This document shows, in pieces, positions 39,203-49,253 of a DNA stretch of 64,000 nucleotides; position 1 is the first letter of the stretch, and every line of letters begins with the position of its first letter. The DNA is from Gemmatimonadales bacterium. Its GTDB lineage: Bacteria; Gemmatimonadota; Gemmatimonadetes; Gemmatimonadales; GWC2-71-9. Position numbers and translations under genes: made by a program. Below the pieces are notes generated by a model that did not search any database, was not told where the DNA came from, and saw only the letters and a list, made by a program, of their open reading frames with translations. The stretch is from assembly GCA_050184075.1 (NCBI GenBank), contig JBFXAS010000004.1:250-64249 (forward strand), read 5' to 3'.

Positions 39203-40760
39203 GCCGGATTCTCGCGATCCGCGCGGGGACCCGGGACGGCGAGGCGCCGTACGCCAGCCAGACGTCGCCCCGGACGGGGTCGATCGCCATGTGGCGGATC
39301 AGCGCGCCCTGGCTGGGAAGCGGGTAGGTCTCGAAGCGACCGGTGGCCGGATCGTAGCGGAAGACCGCATCGGCGGCGCTGGTGCCGATCCAGACCGCCC
39401 CGGTGCCGGGCTCGACCCTCGCGATGTACGGCGTCGCGCCGGCGAGCGGAAGCGGGATCTCCTCGAATCGACCCGACGCGGGATCGAGCCGGACGAGCAG
39501 GTTCGCGGCGTAGGCCGGGATCCAGAGCCGGCCCTCGCGATCGACGTCGAATCGGCGCGGGCCGCTCCACGAGGTCGGCAGCGGGTAGGCGCGGCTCTCG
39601 CCGCTCGCGGGATCGTAGGCCACGAGGCGGTTACCCTGGAGCTCCGAGACCCAGACCCGACCGTCGGGCCCGATCCGCTGCTCGTAGGGAATCGGGCCTC
39701 CGGGCACCGTGCGCATCGTCGGGTGCGGCGCGAGCGGGAACACGTCGACCGCGCCGGTGGCCGGAGTGATCCGTCCGATCTGCTCGGGATCGCGGGTAAA
39801 GTGGCCGTTGTACCAGACGTGGCCGTCATCCGCCACGGCGATGCTGTGCGGGTAGAGGCCGATGTCGAAGAACGACCAGCTGTCATCGGCCGACCGATAA
39901 CGGCCGACCTTGCCCGGACGGCCGAGCAGCACCCACCAGTCGCCGGCCTGGTCGATCTCCACGGCGCGGGGATTGGCCTGGGGCACCGGAATCTCGATCC
40001 GCTCGAAGACGCCCGTGCGGGGATCGAGCCGCTCCATCACGTTGCTGAACATCCCGGTGACGACGACCCGCCCCTCCCGGTCGACCGCGAGATCGTGTGG
40101 GAGATCGCCGGCGGTCGGGAAGTCGAACTCGGTGATTACCGCGTTGCTCGCAAGCTCGGTCGGGTATCCGGCCTCAGGCCGATCAACCTTGGCCAGCGCC
40201 GTGCCCAGCCATTCGGCGGCCGGACCCTCGGGCCAGGTGGAGATCACCGGAAAAGAGGAGCGGGGTCCGGCGTAGCCGAGCATCCGCTGGATGTCGACGG
40301 CCCATTGAGTGGCAGCTCGCGGCGCGCCGTCCTTGAGCGCGCGCGAGTCGTCGAACTGGTGACATCCGGTGCAATCGAGAATGAAGCGACGGCGCACCTC
40401 GCCGTCCGGTAGCCTGGCGAGCCAGGCGGCGCTGCTGGCCCGTCGGCCGGGGGCGGTGGCGGGCGCCAGCGCCACGGCGAGCGCGCCCGCTGCCCGGTCG
40501 ATCTTCCGGACGTGGGCCGTGGCTCGTCCGTCGGCGGTCGTGGCGGTGAGAGTCAGGTGACCCGCGGCGAGGTCGGGAAAGCGGAAGCCACCGTCACCGC
40601 CCGTCACGGCGAGGTGAGTTTGGCCGCCCGAGGAGTCCCGGAGAACCACCAGCACCCCGCCAGCCGGGCGACCCGCCGGATCGCGGACCCGTCCGACGAT
40701 GGGAGAGAACGGAGACGAAGCGACCGCGAGCGCGACGAGCGCGGAAAGCGTCAGCAGCAT
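39192..40760 (-). CDS. Secreted protein: carboxypeptidase-regulatory-like domain + c-type heme domain + Vgb-lyase-like beta-propeller
   Basis: GRVRDPAGRP...DGGFRFPDL; CTGCH heme motif with downstream W....RM; repeated P(H/R/Y)-x-[LIV]-x-V-D..G.VW blades. Confidence 0.8.
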   Translation of the reverse strand: MLLTLSALVALAVASSPFSPIVGRVRDPAGRPAGGVLVVLRDSSGGQTHLAVTGGDGGFRFPDLAAGHLTLTATTADGRATAHVRKIDRAAGALAVALAPATAPGRRASSAAWLARLPDGEVRRRFILDCTGCHQFDDSRALKDGAPRAATQWAVDIQRMLGYAGPRSSFPVISTWPEGPAAEWLGTALAKVDRPEAGYPTELASNAVITEFDFPTAGDLPHDLAVDREGRVVVTGMFSNVMERLDPRTGVFERIEIPVPQANPRAVEIDQAGDWWVLLGRPGKVGRYRSADDSWSFFDIGLYPHSIAVADDGHVWYNGHFTRDPEQIGRITPATGAVDVFPLAPHPTMRTVPGGPIPYEQRIGPDGRVWVSELQGNRLVAYDPASGESRAYPLPTSWSGPRRFDVDREGRLWIPAYAANLLVRLDPASGRFEEIPLPLAGATPYIARVEPGTGAVWIGTSAADAVFRYDPATGRFETYPLPSQGALIRHMAIDPVRGDVWLAYGASPSRVPARIARIRRER

Positions 40761-40790
40761 GCACCTGGACTCGGTAGGACCTAGAGGACC

Positions 40791-40816
40791 TACGCGCCCG
40801 CGCAAATCGCTGTTTC
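40791..40816 (-). promoter_or_regulatory. Putative ECF promoter GAAAC-N17-CGTA upstream of heme-c propeller gene
   Basis: Minus strand GAAAC agcgatttgcgcgggcg CGTA, 30 nt before ATG 40760. Confidence 0.65.
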
Positions 40817-40821
40817 GGAGC

Positions 40822-40840
40822 GGGGCCCGAAAGCGGCCCC
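40822..40840 (-). terminator. Short hairpin after the MoxR operon
   Basis: GGGGCC-7 nt-GGCCCC about 10 nt past the stop at 40851; no U-tract. Confidence 0.35.
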
Positions 40841-40850
40841 CCGAGCTCGG

Positions 40851-43800
40851 TCAGGGCTTGTCCTGGTTCTTCCGAGCAAGCGCCCGATAGTACTCCTCGA
40901 CCAGCTCCCGGTACTCGGGCGGCACCCGCGCGGAGGCCCCCAGGGCCGGCTGCTGTCCGCCGCTTCCACCGTACTTCCGCCAGAGCGCGAACTCGAGGTT
41001 CTTGAGCCCTTCGATCAGCTCCTCCTCCAGTCGCTCGAGGCCGCGCACGTCCCCGAAGGTTGCCGGGTCGTCGAGCGCCCGGAACTGGCGGAGCAACTCG
41101 TCGAGATCACCGGTGTTCTCACCGAGGGCTCGGAGATCGGCTCGCAGCGACTCGGCGATCTGGCGGCGGGCCCGGAACTCGCGCCCGAATTGACGGAGGT
41201 CGCCCGGCGAGACGCTCCCGCCCGGCTGACCGTTCGGACTGAGCTCGGACTGGATCCTGCCCCGGGACCGATCCTGGCTCGCGCCGGCCCCAGCGCCCTG
41301 CCCTTGCTGCTCGCCCTGAGCCTGACCGCCCTGTGACCGTTGCCCCTGGCCGGCCTCACCCTGACGCCCCTCCTGCCCTTGCTGTCCGGTCTGGCCTTGC
41401 TGCCCGCTCTGGCCCTGCCGCCCTTGCTGACCCGCCTGGCCCTGCTCGCGACCCTGCTGATTGGCCTGACCGGACTGGCCCTCGGCCTCCGAGCCCCGCT
41501 GCCCCTCGCGTCCCTGCTGTCCGAGCCGGCCTTGCCCGGCCGAGCTGTCGGCCTCCTCGCCACCCGCCTGGCGATTCTGCGCGGCGCGGGCACGATCGCG
41601 CAGCGACTCGAGACCGCGGACCAGGTCGCGGGTACGCTCGAGCGCGCGGCCCTCGCGATCCTCTCCCGACTCTTCCATCGCGCGGGCGGCGCGTCCGAGC
41701 TGCTCGGCCGCCTGATCGAGGTTGTCGCCGATCTGCTCCTCGAAGGCCTTGAGGTACTCCGGCGAGCCTCCGCGGAGCAGGTTCTTGGAAAAGGCGATCT
41801 TGTCCTGGACCCGGTTCTCCCGGAGGCCGGACGCGGCTTCGCCGACCTGGCGAGCCGCCTTTGGCTGATCCCGCGCTGCGTCTCGGGCCAGCGCCTCGGC
41901 ATCGGCCTCGAGCTGGGCGACGTCGCGGGCGAGCGCGTCCTTGCGCTCGCCGAGGGCACCGGCCCGCTCGGCGCGCGCCGTGGGATCGCTGGGCAGCGAC
42001 TGCGACTGCTCCGCGATCTCGGCCTGCTTCCGACTGAGCTCGTTGGCCCGGGACTCGAGCCGGCGCATCTCCTCGCGACGTCCATCGGCCCGGGATCGTT
42101 CCAGCGAGCGGGTGGCGTTCCGGAGCCGCTCGAGGGCTTCGGAGCCCTGACTGGCGCCCTGGTCCGCGTTGCCGCTCGCGGCCCGGCGCATCGCCTCGGC
42201 CGCTTCCCGGAGCCGTCTGGCGGTTTCGCCCAGCGAGGGATCGTTGCGCTCCCGGGCCAGCCGCTCGAGGCGGCGGGCCGCCTCTTCGGTCTCCCGGGCC
42301 AGGTCGCGTTGGGGGGCGCCGCCTCCGCCACCCGCCTGGCCGCTCTGACTGCGCATGGCGTCGGCCATGCGGGCCATCCGCTCGTTCTCCTGCTGTTGCC
42401 GGCTGGCCAATCGGCGGAGCTTCTCGAGCGTCTCGTCGACTTGATGCTGCGTGTCGTTGCTCGACTCGCGCTGGACCGACTCGTATTGGTTCCTGAGTCG
42501 GTCATTCTCGAGCTCGAACAGATCGGCCAGGTCCTCGGCGTTGCTCGGCTGCCCGCCCCCGCCACCGCCGCCCTGATTGCCGCGGGCAACCTGGACCTCG
42601 CGGTACGCCGCCTCGGCACGCTGCAGATGCTGCAGGGCCTTCTGCTCGTGCGGGAGCGCCTGGCCCGGCTGTCTCGTGCCGAGCCCCTCTTCGGCGCGAC
42701 TCATCTCGGTCGCGGCGCTGTCGAGCTCGACGGCGATGACCATGAAGGTCGAATCGGCCTGCCCGAGTCGCGCGCGCATCCGGCCCACCAGCCCGGTCAC
42801 GTCCTGCTTGAGCCGGCCCTGGCCGATGGCCAGCGTGGTGACGTTCTCCCGCCACTCGCGGTCGTCGGTCTCCGCGCTGTCGCGGACGACGTTGAAGGTG
42901 CCGACCACCAGCTGGCGTTGACGCTCGCTCAGTCCCTCGGCCGACTCCTCACCACCACCCCCGCCGCCGCCCTGCTGCTCCGCCTCGCGGTACGCGCGGT
43001 CGAAAGGTCGGACCTCGAGGAAGTAGATGTCGCTCGAGGCGCGCTGACCGGCACCGTCGCTGGCGCGGGCGTAGTAGGAGACCACGTCGCCCGGCGTGAG
43101 CTCCCACTCCTCGAGAAAGAAGGTGTGGCTCGCGTTCACCTCCTGGCGGCTGGCCACGGTCGAATCCATGACCGCGATCTCCCGCTCCGCCCCGCCGTTC
43201 ACGCTCACCATCAGCGACAGGCGGCGGACGCCGAAGTCGTCGGCCGCCTCGATCAGGGCGGTCAGCTCCTCGACGCTGGTGACCTTGGTGTCGCGGCCCG
43301 GCTCGGTGAAGCGCACCGAGGGCGCGCCGTCTTCGAGCGCGTCGATGGCATAGTCGAGTGTGCCCGGGATTCGCCGCCCGTCCTCGGTCTCGAGCTCAAT
43401 CCGGTAGAAGCCGTCGCGGCTCACCCGGAAGCGACCGCTGTAGCGACCGTCGGCGCCGAGCTCCATCGGGACCGGGTCGCCCTCCTGGAAGACCAGAAAG
43501 GCCGCCTTCGCCGGGCGAGTCGTCCCCGCGTACACGGTGACCTGGCTGCCGCGAAGAACGGCCAGATCGGTGGCGTTTTCGATGGTCTCGATCGGAAGGC
43601 CGGTGTAGCCCGGGAAGCGGATCTGGGCGGCCAGCTGGCTCACCGTCGGCAGATCCACCACGTCGAGTCGATAGACGGGCGAGGAGACGCCCTGCGATTC
43701 GACGAAGTACTCCGTGGGTTGCACCACGTCGAAGAGCCGGGTCAGGAACCGTCCGGCGAGCGAGTCGCGCTCCATCGGAATCCGATCCCACTCCGCGGTC

Positions 43801-44483
43801 GAGTCCACCCGGAAGACGAGCTCAGCGGCGTCGCTGGTGAAGCCGCCGAGCGTCGCCTCGATTGCCTGGGCGGAGCCCCGGGGCACGGTGGCGTTGCCGG
43901 GACGCACCGCGACGGAGAAGGGCTCGGGCGCGGCCGGCAGGACGTCGGGGTCGATCAGGGCTCGCGCCGAGGAGCGCAGGCTGGCGGGGCCGAGGGTGAA
44001 GAGCAGGATCCCGCCCAGCGTGGCAAGGCTCAGCACGCCGGAGGCCCGCTTGAGCCTGGGACTCTCGATCCGCCGACCGAACTCGACGGCGGCCAGCCGC
44101 CGATGGGCTTGATCGAGGAGTCGGCTCACCAGACCGGGCGACGAGCCGGCGGCGCCGCCGAGCGAGTGCACCGCGCTCATCACCGACTGGCCCAGCGACG
44201 GCTCGTGCTCCTCCAGGTAGAGGGCGACGGCTTCCTCGTCGGCCCGCTGCCGGAAGGCGCGGCGGAATACGATCACCAGCCCGGCCACGAGAGCCGCCCA
44301 GAAGGCCCAACGGGCGGAGCCCACGGTCTCCCGCTCGAGTCCGCCGGCCAGGAGCGCGGTCCAGACCGCCAGCCCGCCGATCACCCCCAGGGCGAGCCAA
44401 CCGAAGCCTTCCAACAGCAGACGAGACCGCCAGCGCCGCCGGGTGTGGCGGAGGCTCTCGAGAATGGCTTCCTGATCGCTCAC
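40851..44483 (-). CDS. Large membrane-anchored Ig-like / coiled-coil protein (DUF4175-like), ~1210 aa
   Basis: 3 N-terminal TM; beta domains (AADDFGV, LTPGDVVSYYARA.D); long heptad region; Q/G-rich tract; C-terminal VPPEYRELVEEYYRAL. Confidence 0.8.
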   Translation of the reverse strand: MSDQEAILESLRHTRRRWRSRLLLEGFGWLALGVIGGLAVWTALLAGGLERETVGSARWAFWAALVAGLVIVFRRAFRQRADEEAVALYLEEHEPSLGQSVMSAVHSLGGAAGSSPGLVSRLLDQAHRRLAAVEFGRRIESPRLKRASGVLSLATLGGILLFTLGPASLRSSARALIDPDVLPAAPEPFSVAVRPGNATVPRGSAQAIEATLGGFTSDAAELVFRVDSTAEWDRIPMERDSLAGRFLTRLFDVVQPTEYFVESQGVSSPVYRLDVVDLPTVSQLAAQIRFPGYTGLPIETIENATDLAVLRGSQVTVYAGTTRPAKAAFLVFQEGDPVPMELGADGRYSGRFRVSRDGFYRIELETEDGRRIPGTLDYAIDALEDGAPSVRFTEPGRDTKVTSVEELTALIEAADDFGVRRLSLMVSVNGGAEREIAVMDSTVASRQEVNASHTFFLEEWELTPGDVVSYYARASDGAGQRASSDIYFLEVRPFDRAYREAEQQGGGGGGGEESAEGLSERQRQLVVGTFNVVRDSAETDDREWRENVTTLAIGQGRLKQDVTGLVGRMRARLGQADSTFMVIAVELDSAATEMSRAEEGLGTRQPGQALPHEQKALQHLQRAEAAYREVQVARGNQGGGGGGGQPSNAEDLADLFELENDRLRNQYESVQRESSNDTQHQVDETLEKLRRLASRQQQENERMARMADAMRSQSGQAGGGGGAPQRDLARETEEAARRLERLARERNDPSLGETARRLREAAEAMRRAASGNADQGASQGSEALERLRNATRSLERSRADGRREEMRRLESRANELSRKQAEIAEQSQSLPSDPTARAERAGALGERKDALARDVAQLEADAEALARDAARDQPKAARQVGEAASGLRENRVQDKIAFSKNLLRGGSPEYLKAFEEQIGDNLDQAAEQLGRAARAMEESGEDREGRALERTRDLVRGLESLRDRARAAQNRQAGGEEADSSAGQGRLGQQGREGQRGSEAEGQSGQANQQGREQGQAGQQGRQGQSGQQGQTGQQGQEGRQGEAGQGQRSQGGQAQGEQQGQGAGAGASQDRSRGRIQSELSPNGQPGGSVSPGDLRQFGREFRARRQIAESLRADLRALGENTGDLDELLRQFRALDDPATFGDVRGLERLEEELIEGLKNLEFALWRKYGGSGGQQPALGASARVPPEYRELVEEYYRALARKNQDKP

Positions 44484-46522
44484 GGGGTTCCTCCCTTCGG
44501 TACCGATCGCGGCGACAGTCGTCCCGCGTACCAAGTCTCGGCCGCCAAGAGCGCCAGCACGAGGGCGAGGAGCCAACCCCACCATCGCTGCCGCGCTTCC
44601 TGCTCCACTGCCGTGAGCGGGGTCGGCGCCGCCGCGCTCGAGTCGCTCCCGGTGCGGATCAGGGCCGTCACCTCGCCCGGCGCGGCGGCCGTCAGGTCGG
44701 ACTCGACCGCCCGCGGATTGACCGCCAGCGTGAGAATCGGCTCCTCGACCCCGCCGGCCCGCACCTGATAGTAGCCCACTTCCGAGAGCGCCACCGAGCG
44801 GGCCACGGTGTCCGGGTCGAGCCGCTGGATCGCGCCCCCGGGGGTGGTCAGGGCCAGCTGCTCGCCGCTCGCCGGGAGGCTGGCGACCTCACCCAGCTCC
44901 CACGCCGCCTTGTCGTCGCCCGCCCGGCCGGCGTAACCCACCAGCCGATGCACGAGCGGAAGGAAGACGGGCTGGAGCGGCAGATCGCTCCAGACCGCGT
45001 CGGAGGCCGAGGTCCAGAGCAAGGCGCGACCGCTGCCGATCCGCCGCTCGACCAGCGCGGGTTTGCCGTCGTCGAATCGGGCCAGGGTGGTCGCGGTCGA
45101 GTCGACCTCGACCTCGCGATATCGGAAGAACCGGGCCGAGCCGAAGTCCGACGTGACCGCGTCCCGGAAGGGGTCGAAGATCGGATGATCGGCCTGCACC
45201 CAGCCCAGACGGCCGCCGCGGTCCGTGGTGCGATCCACCACTCGTCCGACGGCACCAGGCAGCCAGGGCTCGCGCACGGCGTTGCCACCGGTGCGCTGTC
45301 CGGTGAACGCGAGCAACCCCCCGCCACGCGCCACGAACGACTCGAGCGCGGCGCCGCGCCCGGCGAGCGGCGCGAGATCGGCGGCGACCACGACGGACGC
45401 GCGGGCCAGGTCCGCAGCGGTGGGCGCGCCACGCCGGACCTGCACCACGAAACTTGGCGAGCGACTGATGCCCAGGGCGCGCTCGAGGTAGAGCAGCTGG
45501 TCACCGCTGGCGCCCGGCGGCAGGACGAGGAGCACGGGGATCCCGGCCGGGCCCCCGAGTGTGAAGCGATGCTCGTCGTCGGCCGCGAGATCGTCGGACT
45601 CGAGCCGAACGACGGCGGAGGCGGCGGCATCGGGCACGCGAACCGGGGGAAACGCGATGCTGGTGATGCCGTTCGGCGGCAACACCGCGTCGGTGGTCGC
45701 GAGCTCGCGATCGTTGACGACCAGGGTGGCGCGCACTCGACGCGGCCCCGAGCCGCCCTCCGTCGCCACGCGGGCGCCGGCCTGGAGCGTGGCCTGGCGG
45801 CCCGAGACGGTGCGATCCACGGTCGCGGAGACCACCCGGGCGTTCGCCGGCTCGAGCGCGCCGACCGGGACGACGCGGAGGGTGGCGCCCGGCAGCGGGT
45901 CGACGCTCTCCAGTCCCTGCAACGACTGGCGCTGGAGGTCGGACACCAGGAGCACCAGGACGGCTTCGTCGCGGGCCGCCGCGACCAGGTCGCGGGCCAT
46001 TCGGAGACCCGAGGCCAGGCGGGTGCCGCCCAACCCGGGCTCGAGCCGGGCCAAGGCGGCGTCGAACGCCGCTCGATCCTCGGTGAGCGGCACCACCACT
46101 TCGGCAGACTCGTCGAAGCTTACGATGCCCGCGCGCTCTCCCGCGCCCAACGAGCCGACCGCGGCGCGAATCGAGTCCAGCGCCCGCTCCCACACGCCAG
46201 CGTAGCCCATGCTCATCGAGCGATCGAGCGCGATCACCAGCGCCCGACGGCGGGAGGCGAGCAGCAGGTCCGGCTCGCGCTCGAGGAAGGGTCGCGCAAA
46301 GGCCAGCACCAGCCCGGCCACCGCCAGGGCTCTGAGCAGGAGCAGCCATCGGTTGGTGATCCGGCGCCGCTCGGCCGTCCGCTGCGTGATCCTGGACAGG
46401 AACATCAGCGAGGGAAAACGGATCGGATCCCGCTGCTCGCGCTGCCGCAGGTGGATCAGGATCGGGACGCCGATCGCGACGAGCCCGAGCAGAAAGGCCG
46501 GAACCAGGAAGCCGAGACTCAT
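44480..46522 (-). CDS. BatA N-terminal + VWA domain membrane protein
   Basis: PILIHL...FPSLMFL...LLLLRALA..LVLAFARP; MIDAS DRSMSM, VSDLQ; SDLP..PVF; AVN....ESDL; C-terminal TM. Confidence 0.88.
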   Translation of the reverse strand: MSLGFLVPAFLLGLVAIGVPILIHLRQREQRDPIRFPSLMFLSRITQRTAERRRITNRWLLLLRALAVAGLVLAFARPFLEREPDLLLASRRRALVIALDRSMSMGYAGVWERALDSIRAAVGSLGAGERAGIVSFDESAEVVVPLTEDRAAFDAALARLEPGLGGTRLASGLRMARDLVAAARDEAVLVLLVSDLQRQSLQGLESVDPLPGATLRVVPVGALEPANARVVSATVDRTVSGRQATLQAGARVATEGGSGPRRVRATLVVNDRELATTDAVLPPNGITSIAFPPVRVPDAAASAVVRLESDDLAADDEHRFTLGGPAGIPVLLVLPPGASGDQLLYLERALGISRSPSFVVQVRRGAPTAADLARASVVVAADLAPLAGRGAALESFVARGGGLLAFTGQRTGGNAVREPWLPGAVGRVVDRTTDRGGRLGWVQADHPIFDPFRDAVTSDFGSARFFRYREVEVDSTATTLARFDDGKPALVERRIGSGRALLWTSASDAVWSDLPLQPVFLPLVHRLVGYAGRAGDDKAAWELGEVASLPASGEQLALTTPGGAIQRLDPDTVARSVALSEVGYYQVRAGGVEEPILTLAVNPRAVESDLTAAAPGEVTALIRTGSDSSAAAPTPLTAVEQEARQRWWGWLLALVLALLAAETWYAGRLSPRSVPKGGTP

Positions 46523-47425
46523 TCAGCGCACCCGGGCCAAGGCTTCGCGCTCGGTGAGGTAGGCATGAAGGACCCGCTCGAGCGGCGTCGAGATGTCGAC
46601 GAGGTGGTAGTCGACGCCCGCCCGGCCGAGCTCCTTGCGCAGCTCGGCCAGGTGCGCCTCGTAGAGCGTCTGATAGCGGGACCGAAGCGACTCCGGCACG
46701 ACGGGCAGGCGCTCCTCGGTCTCCAGGTCCTCGAAGCTCGCCGGGCGGTCGAAGGGAAACGAGCGCTCGGCCGGATCGAACGGGTGGAACGCGATCAGGT
46801 CGTGGCCGCGGGCCCGGATCCCGCCCAGGGCCGACCGCACCGTGGCGGGATCGGTGTACCAGTCGGAGAGGAAGACCGTGATCCCCGTGCGGGTGAGCAG
46901 CTCGCTGATGGCCGGCACCGCCTCGGTGCCGCCGGCGACGCCGGTCGGGACGGCGCGGTCGAGGGTGTGCAGCACCAGCGAGAGGTGCCGGGTCGAGGGC
47001 GGCACGTACTCGATGATGCGGTCGGCGTAGAGCACCAAGCCGACCCGATCCCCCTGACGCTGCGAGAACCAGGCGAGCGAAGCCGCGAGCATCTTCGCGT
47101 ACTCGAACTTGGTCACCCCGGCGCTGGCGAACCCCATCGACTTCGACACGTCCATCGCCAACATCACGGCGGCGTTGGTGTCGGCCTCGAACTCCTTGAC
47201 GTAGAAGCGGTCGGTCCGGCCGTAGACCCGCCAGTCGATCCGGCGGATGTCGTCGCCCGGTTGATAGGGGCGATGCTCCGCGAAGTCGGTCGAGTGACCC
47301 AGCTTTGGTGCTCGATGGAGGCCGTGCATGAAGCCCTCGACCACCGTGCGCGCGAGCAACTCGAGGTCGCCGATCCGCGCGAGCACGCGCGGATCCAGCA
47401 GCTCGTTCGACGGGCGGGAGGGCAC
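46523..47425 (-). CDS. DUF58 (VWA-like) domain protein
   Basis: FAEHRPYQPGDDIRRIDW, YVKEFEAD, DVSKSM, DRVGL, LSD. Confidence 0.92.
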   Translation of the reverse strand: MPSRPSNELLDPRVLARIGDLELLARTVVEGFMHGLHRAPKLGHSTDFAEHRPYQPGDDIRRIDWRVYGRTDRFYVKEFEADTNAAVMLAMDVSKSMGFASAGVTKFEYAKMLAASLAWFSQRQGDRVGLVLYADRIIEYVPPSTRHLSLVLHTLDRAVPTGVAGGTEAVPAISELLTRTGITVFLSDWYTDPATVRSALGGIRARGHDLIAFHPFDPAERSFPFDRPASFEDLETEERLPVVPESLRSRYQTLYEAHLAELRKELGRAGVDYHLVDISTPLERVLHAYLTEREALARVR

Positions 47426-47428
47426 CGG

Positions 47429-48469
47429 CTACATCCCCGACCGCGGCGTGGGCACCGCGTCCAGCAGCTGCGCGACGACCTGGTCGGTCGTGACCCGTTC
47501 GGACTGCGCCTGGAAGTTGAGCAAGAGCCGATGCCGGAAGACCGGCTTCGCGAGTGCGCGGATGTCCTCGTAGCTCACGTGGGTCTGGCCGTTGAGCAGC
47601 GCCCGAGCCTTGCCGCCCAGGAGCAGCGCCTGGGCCGCGCGCACGCTCGCCCCATAGGAGAGCCATTGCTTGACGAATCCCGGGGCGCCCTCGGTGGAGG
47701 GGCGGGTCATCCGGGCCAGCTCCACCGCGTACCGCACCACCGGATCCGCCACCGGCACCTGGCGGACCAGCCGCTGGAACGCGATCAGCTCCTCGCCGGA
47801 CACCACCCGCTCCAGCACGACGTTCTGGACCGAGGTGGTCTCCCGAGCCACCCGCACCTCGTCCTCGACGGGCAGGTAGTCGAGCACCACCTCGAAGAGG
47901 AAGCGGTCCAGCTGGGCCTCGGGCAACGGATAGGTGCCCTCGAGCTCGATCGGGTTCTGCGTCGCGAAGACGTGGAAAGGCGGGTCGAGCTGGTACGTCT
48001 TGCCCTGCACGGTCACGTGTCGCTCCTGCATCGCCTCGAGCAGGGCGGCCTGGGTCTTCGGCGGCGTGCGGTTGATCTCGTCGGCGAGCACGATGTTGGC
48101 GAAGATCGGCCCGGGCACGAACACCAGCCGACGCTTGCCGGTGGCCGGATCGTCCTGGATCACGTCGGTGCCGGTCACGTCCGAGGGCATCAGGTCCGGG
48201 GTGAACTGGATCCGCGAGAACCTGAGGTGCAGCACCTCGGCCAGCGACTGGATCAGCAGGGTCTTGGCGAGACCGGGCACGCCGACCAGCAGACAGTTGC
48301 CCCCGGCGAGCAAGGCCACGAGCGACTGCTCGACCACCGCTTCCTGGCCGATGATCCGCTTGCCGAGCTCCCGGCGAATCGCCTGGCCGGCTTCGTGGAG
48401 CCGCTCCGCCATGGCGCGATCGTCGGCAGGCAGGCTCGAGGGAGCGGGGGGCGGAGATGAGAGGGTCAC
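47429..48469 (-). CDS. moxR: MoxR family AAA+ ATPase
   Basis: GVPGLAKT, RIQFTPDLMPSD, LADEINRTPPKTQAALLEAMQE, ATQNPIELEGTYPLPEAQLDRF. Confidence 0.95.
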   Translation of the reverse strand: MTLSSPPPAPSSLPADDRAMAERLHEAGQAIRRELGKRIIGQEAVVEQSLVALLAGGNCLLVGVPGLAKTLLIQSLAEVLHLRFSRIQFTPDLMPSDVTGTDVIQDDPATGKRRLVFVPGPIFANIVLADEINRTPPKTQAALLEAMQERHVTVQGKTYQLDPPFHVFATQNPIELEGTYPLPEAQLDRFLFEVVLDYLPVEDEVRVARETTSVQNVVLERVVSGEELIAFQRLVRQVPVADPVVRYAVELARMTRPSTEGAPGFVKQWLSYGASVRAAQALLLGGKARALLNGQTHVSYEDIRALAKPVFRHRLLLNFQAQSERVTTDQVVAQLLDAVPTPRSGM

Positions 48470-48485
48470 TCGAGGCCTCGTGGGT

Positions 48486-49253
48486 TCAGCGGGTAAGGGC
48501 GTAGACCAGATAGTTGATGCCGAGCTTGTAGGCGGTGTTCGAGAGATCCACCGGGAAGACGCCCTGGTCGGAGAACTCCCAGTACTCGCCGACGTCGTTG
48601 TTGTAGTTGATGATCATCAACAGACGCTTGGAGGGATCGTTGTCCTCGAACACCCCCAGGAACTGCGAGGGCATCCCGTAGTAGGGATGGGTGTAGTCCA
48701 GCGACTCGATCCGATAGAACGCGTCGAAGATCGGGTGCGCCGCCGTGAGCGGCACGATTCGGGCCTCCGGCAACACCTTGCGGAGCTGGTTCTCGAACCC
48801 GAACCACTGGTTGCCGGCGAAGTCGTCGAAGATCACGAATCCGCCCTTCAGGAGGTACTGCCGGAATCCCTCCCGTTCCTGCTCGTTCGCCACCCAGAAG
48901 CCGGGCTCGCTCATGTAGGCGATCGGATACTTGAAGAGCTCCGGATCGTCCAAGGTGAGGATGTTGCTCCCCTCCATGTTGGGACGCACCGTGGTGAGCT
49001 CGTCGAGCAGCTTGGTGAAGTGGCGCTCGGCGCGGGGATAGTCGTGCGACCAGGGCGGCTCCCGCTGGAAGCCGAACCCGCTGTTCATGTCCATCTGGTA
49101 GCGGATCCGGACGAAGGTGAAGCGGCCGTCGTAGGGCACGTTCTCCCCGAACTCCATCGGCGCCCCCCGGCGCCGGCGCTGGGAATCCGCCGGGAGGGCG
49201 ACGATGGCGAGCAATCCGAGCCCCAGCAACGCGATCCGCAGGATCCTGGTCAT
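48486..49253 (-). CDS. Secreted DUF4159 domain protein
   Basis: Signal peptide; FTFVRIRY, W..DYP.AE, LF.YP..Y, YLLKGGF..FDDF, HPIF, LGINYLVYALT. Confidence 0.85.
   Translation of the reverse strand: MTRILRIALLGLGLLAIVALPADSQRRRRGAPMEFGENVPYDGRFTFVRIRYQMDMNSGFGFQREPPWSHDYPRAERHFTKLLDELTTVRPNMEGSNILTLDDPELFKYPIAYMSEPGFWVANEQEREGFRQYLLKGGFVIFDDFAGNQWFGFENQLRKVLPEARIVPLTAAHPIFDAFYRIESLDYTHPYYGMPSQFLGVFEDNDPSKRLLMIINYNNDVGEYWEFSDQGVFPVDLSNTAYKLGINYLVYALTR

Noticed and set aside
41290-41560. Repeat-like DNA (ccctgctg / ctggccc units) as a CRISPR or tandem array
   Set aside because: Imperfect codon-level repeats encoding the Q/G-rich tract, with no repeat-spacer periodicity.
41340-48460. Very long plus-strand ORFs (41340-44768, 1142 aa; 44948-48460, 1170 aa)
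   Set aside because: Antisense shadows of well-supported minus-strand genes. Stop codons are rare at this GC content and the translations show no motifs.
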